In this document: positions 61,690-64,000 of the stretch, in pieces | Position numbering within the stretch: the stretch's first letter is position 1 | Layout: each line of letters begins with the position of its first letter | Source of the DNA: Ginglymostoma cirratum | Taxonomy: Eukaryota | Direction: 5' to 3' | DNA: 64,000 bases | Assembly: GCA_024137785.1 (NCBI GenBank) | Contig: JAHRHZ010000289.1 | Coordinates: 33,209,164 to 33,273,163 of the forward strand | Made by a program: the position numbers and the translations under genes | Notes under the pieces: generated by a model | The model's database searches: none | What the model saw: only the letters and a program-made list of their open reading frames with translations | Told to the model about the DNA's origin: nothing

Positions 61690-62200
61690 TCTTTTTTTAT
61701 CCTGTAATGCAGTGATCAAAGGAATGTGCAGCACAGTAACTGTGATCTAGCTAGTGTATTATGTAGTTTTAGGACGATTTTCTCTTCTTATACACTACGT
61801 CTCATCAGATGAAAGGAAGGATCGTGTATGTTTTCTTAACCACATTAATTATATATCCTGCTACATTATGAATGTTATGAGGTTACCATAAAATTGTGAC
61901 AAATGAAACAAGACTTGTGAACAGGAAATGGACATCTGAAGCAAATGCTTTAATAGATAAAATTCTAGAACAGTTAAACTATTCAAATCAGCACCTCCTG
62001 GCAATAGCCTTCTTAGCAGATACCAATGACCACTGTGTTTCAGTGGTGATTTGTGAGAAAGGAGTAGATATTTTGTCAATGACCAAATGTACTGAGCTCT
62101 AAACCAGGTAATTTCAATGCAATAATTAAGCCTGTCTCATCTCTCCCCAACCTCCTGAAAATGTCTGGAAATTTACAAGCACTTTCCAGTCTCAAACCAT
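61690..62200 (-). mobile_element. Very old CR1 fragments
   Basis: GGAATGTGCA.CA..GT..CTGTG.TCTA.C.AGTG..TT.T.TAG antisense LY..LVRP.LEY pattern, and ACAAGCACTTTCCAGTC. Confidence 0.45.
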
Positions 62201-64000
62201 TCTCATATTATATTTGAATATTGAATAAGTTTACATGCAGCAATTAGATTTAATGATTTTAAATGGATAGGCCTGCTACACAACACAGCAGAAGAATGTA
62301 ATACAATGGTCAAAACCTCCTGCCTTTTTAAAGTAACTTATGATCCAATTTCCTGTGAAAGATACCATGAGGTATATACTAGTCCGAAAACAAAATTGAT
62401 GGAAGCAAAGAAGTGAAAAAACACAAGATGAATAGAACAGTTTTACTCAATAGCAAAACATAAACAGTTGTAATACAAGAACAATAATATCAGCACTCAA
62501 CATTTTTAGCTGGTCCATTGTCCATCAAAAATCACCTTCTCTCCTAAATCAATATTCATATTGCTCAGATACAAAACAGACAGTGTGTGCTGCTTCTCCC
62601 AGTTATACGTGAAAGAAGCCCTCAGCTTGCCAACTGGCTCTGATGTGCTCGATCAAAAGCTACAAGATCCAAGAGAATTAACCAATATCATTTAGATATT
62701 CATTGCACACGAGTTACAGATGGGATCAAGGCTCAATGGACGATGACTGAAGAACTCAACTGCTTCAATTTAAATTACTACTCCAGGAAAATATAATGCT
62801 TTCTGAAACATCTCAGGCTATTTATCTGCATGCAGAGAGCCAGCTACAAATTATGCTTCCTGAAACACTCAGATCTTCATGCAGCTCCTTATATAAACAG
62901 TAACCTGAACTGCTTGCTAGAACTTAAAAACTTGCCTCCCTCTTCAAGAGGGAAACAACATAAAAACATCGACAATATCATTCTCACCAGAACAGGCACA
63001 GAGGTCATGTTGCAAACATTATGCATGATGGTGAGTTGGCTAATTTGTGAATAGAATTATAAGTAATAGAAACCTAACATATCTTTCATTGGGAATAATT
63101 TATAGCGTTAGGAATTCAAGAGACAATCCACTGTTCCAATGATAAAGCATAAACAAAATAATGCAAAATGACAGGATGATATTAGGGTCAAGAAATACAC
63201 AGTGTGCTCCACATGGGTACAAATGAACAGAAATCCAGGAAGGAAAAATGAAAGAGATGGTGTGGTCCTCATTACAACTATGCAACGCTGCAAGTTTCAA
63301 TTAATGTTAGAGGGTAAAGCAAATCAGACTTATTAAAAGGACCCATATTGAGGCCTTGAAATAGTGAGGGGTAATGTTATTACTTTGGAAATCAGTGATG
63401 TATCTGACACATATTTAGGATACTTCTGTGGATCTCTGGTTGCAGCAATGCAGAAAGTATGTTACAGCCACTGAAAGAATAAAGAAAGAGGAAACTGAAA
63501 TAAGTTAAGGGTTGGAGGAATTGGGTTATAAGTAATGATTATGTAAAAAGAAAATTCTGTAAAGAAACAAATCTGAAAAGAATAGATAATGCAAATTGGA
63601 TAGGCAACTTCATCATTGTTTTCCACATAATCCAACCTTCAGGTCACAACCTTTGTTCCCATCCACTACTCATTTTTCTCATTCTGATTTGAGATTTCTT
63701 AGTCCTCCTTCAACTGTGACTGCACCCTCCCATAATCAATAATTTCACTCCTACTGACTCATCCCCTGATCACTCATTGCCTTTCTCAAGGTAGCATTTT
63801 ACAACACTGCATGAGGCATGTACTAAGTGCAGTATGCTTGAGGAAAAAAAAAACTGACTCTGAACCTATGCTTCCCATAGCTTTCCTCAGGAATTCCTTG
63901 TATCATTTTTGGATCTGTTATAAACTAATTGCTAAAAGTTAATTGCTATTATCAGTCAAAGTTTCCATCATCCTCAAGTGAATGCAATGGTTGAAGATGA

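Overview
This is eukaryotic, repeat-dense DNA from a cartilaginous fish. HE1-type V-SINEs, CR1/HER1-like LINEs and Deu-domain SINEs indicate a shark or ray; the species cannot be fixed from sequence. I cannot support any intact host protein-coding gene, so the window looks intronic or intergenic. Almost all listed ORFs are transposon fragments, their antisense shadows or chance frames. It contains many CR1 LINE fragments (two young, near-identical copies in inverted orientation), L2, RTE and Rex1 LINE relics, six HE1 SINE copies or fragments, Deu- and Meta-like SINEs, two solo-LTR candidates, three Harbinger relics and two fixed 400-N gaps. It also holds at least four families of Penelope-like elements (PLEs). 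The most interesting signal is a graded series of PLE-derived insertions of 95 bp to 1.55 kb, flanked by 8-17 bp target-site duplications (TSDs). They carry minimal hammerhead ribozyme (HHR) motifs, are often built as fold-back hairpins with one tailed and one tail-less arm, and have internal breakpoints that repeatedly fall at the HHR cleavage site or 5' boundary. PLE family letters A-D are my own labels. Boundaries of old repeats are approximate, and family names come from recognition rather than a database search.
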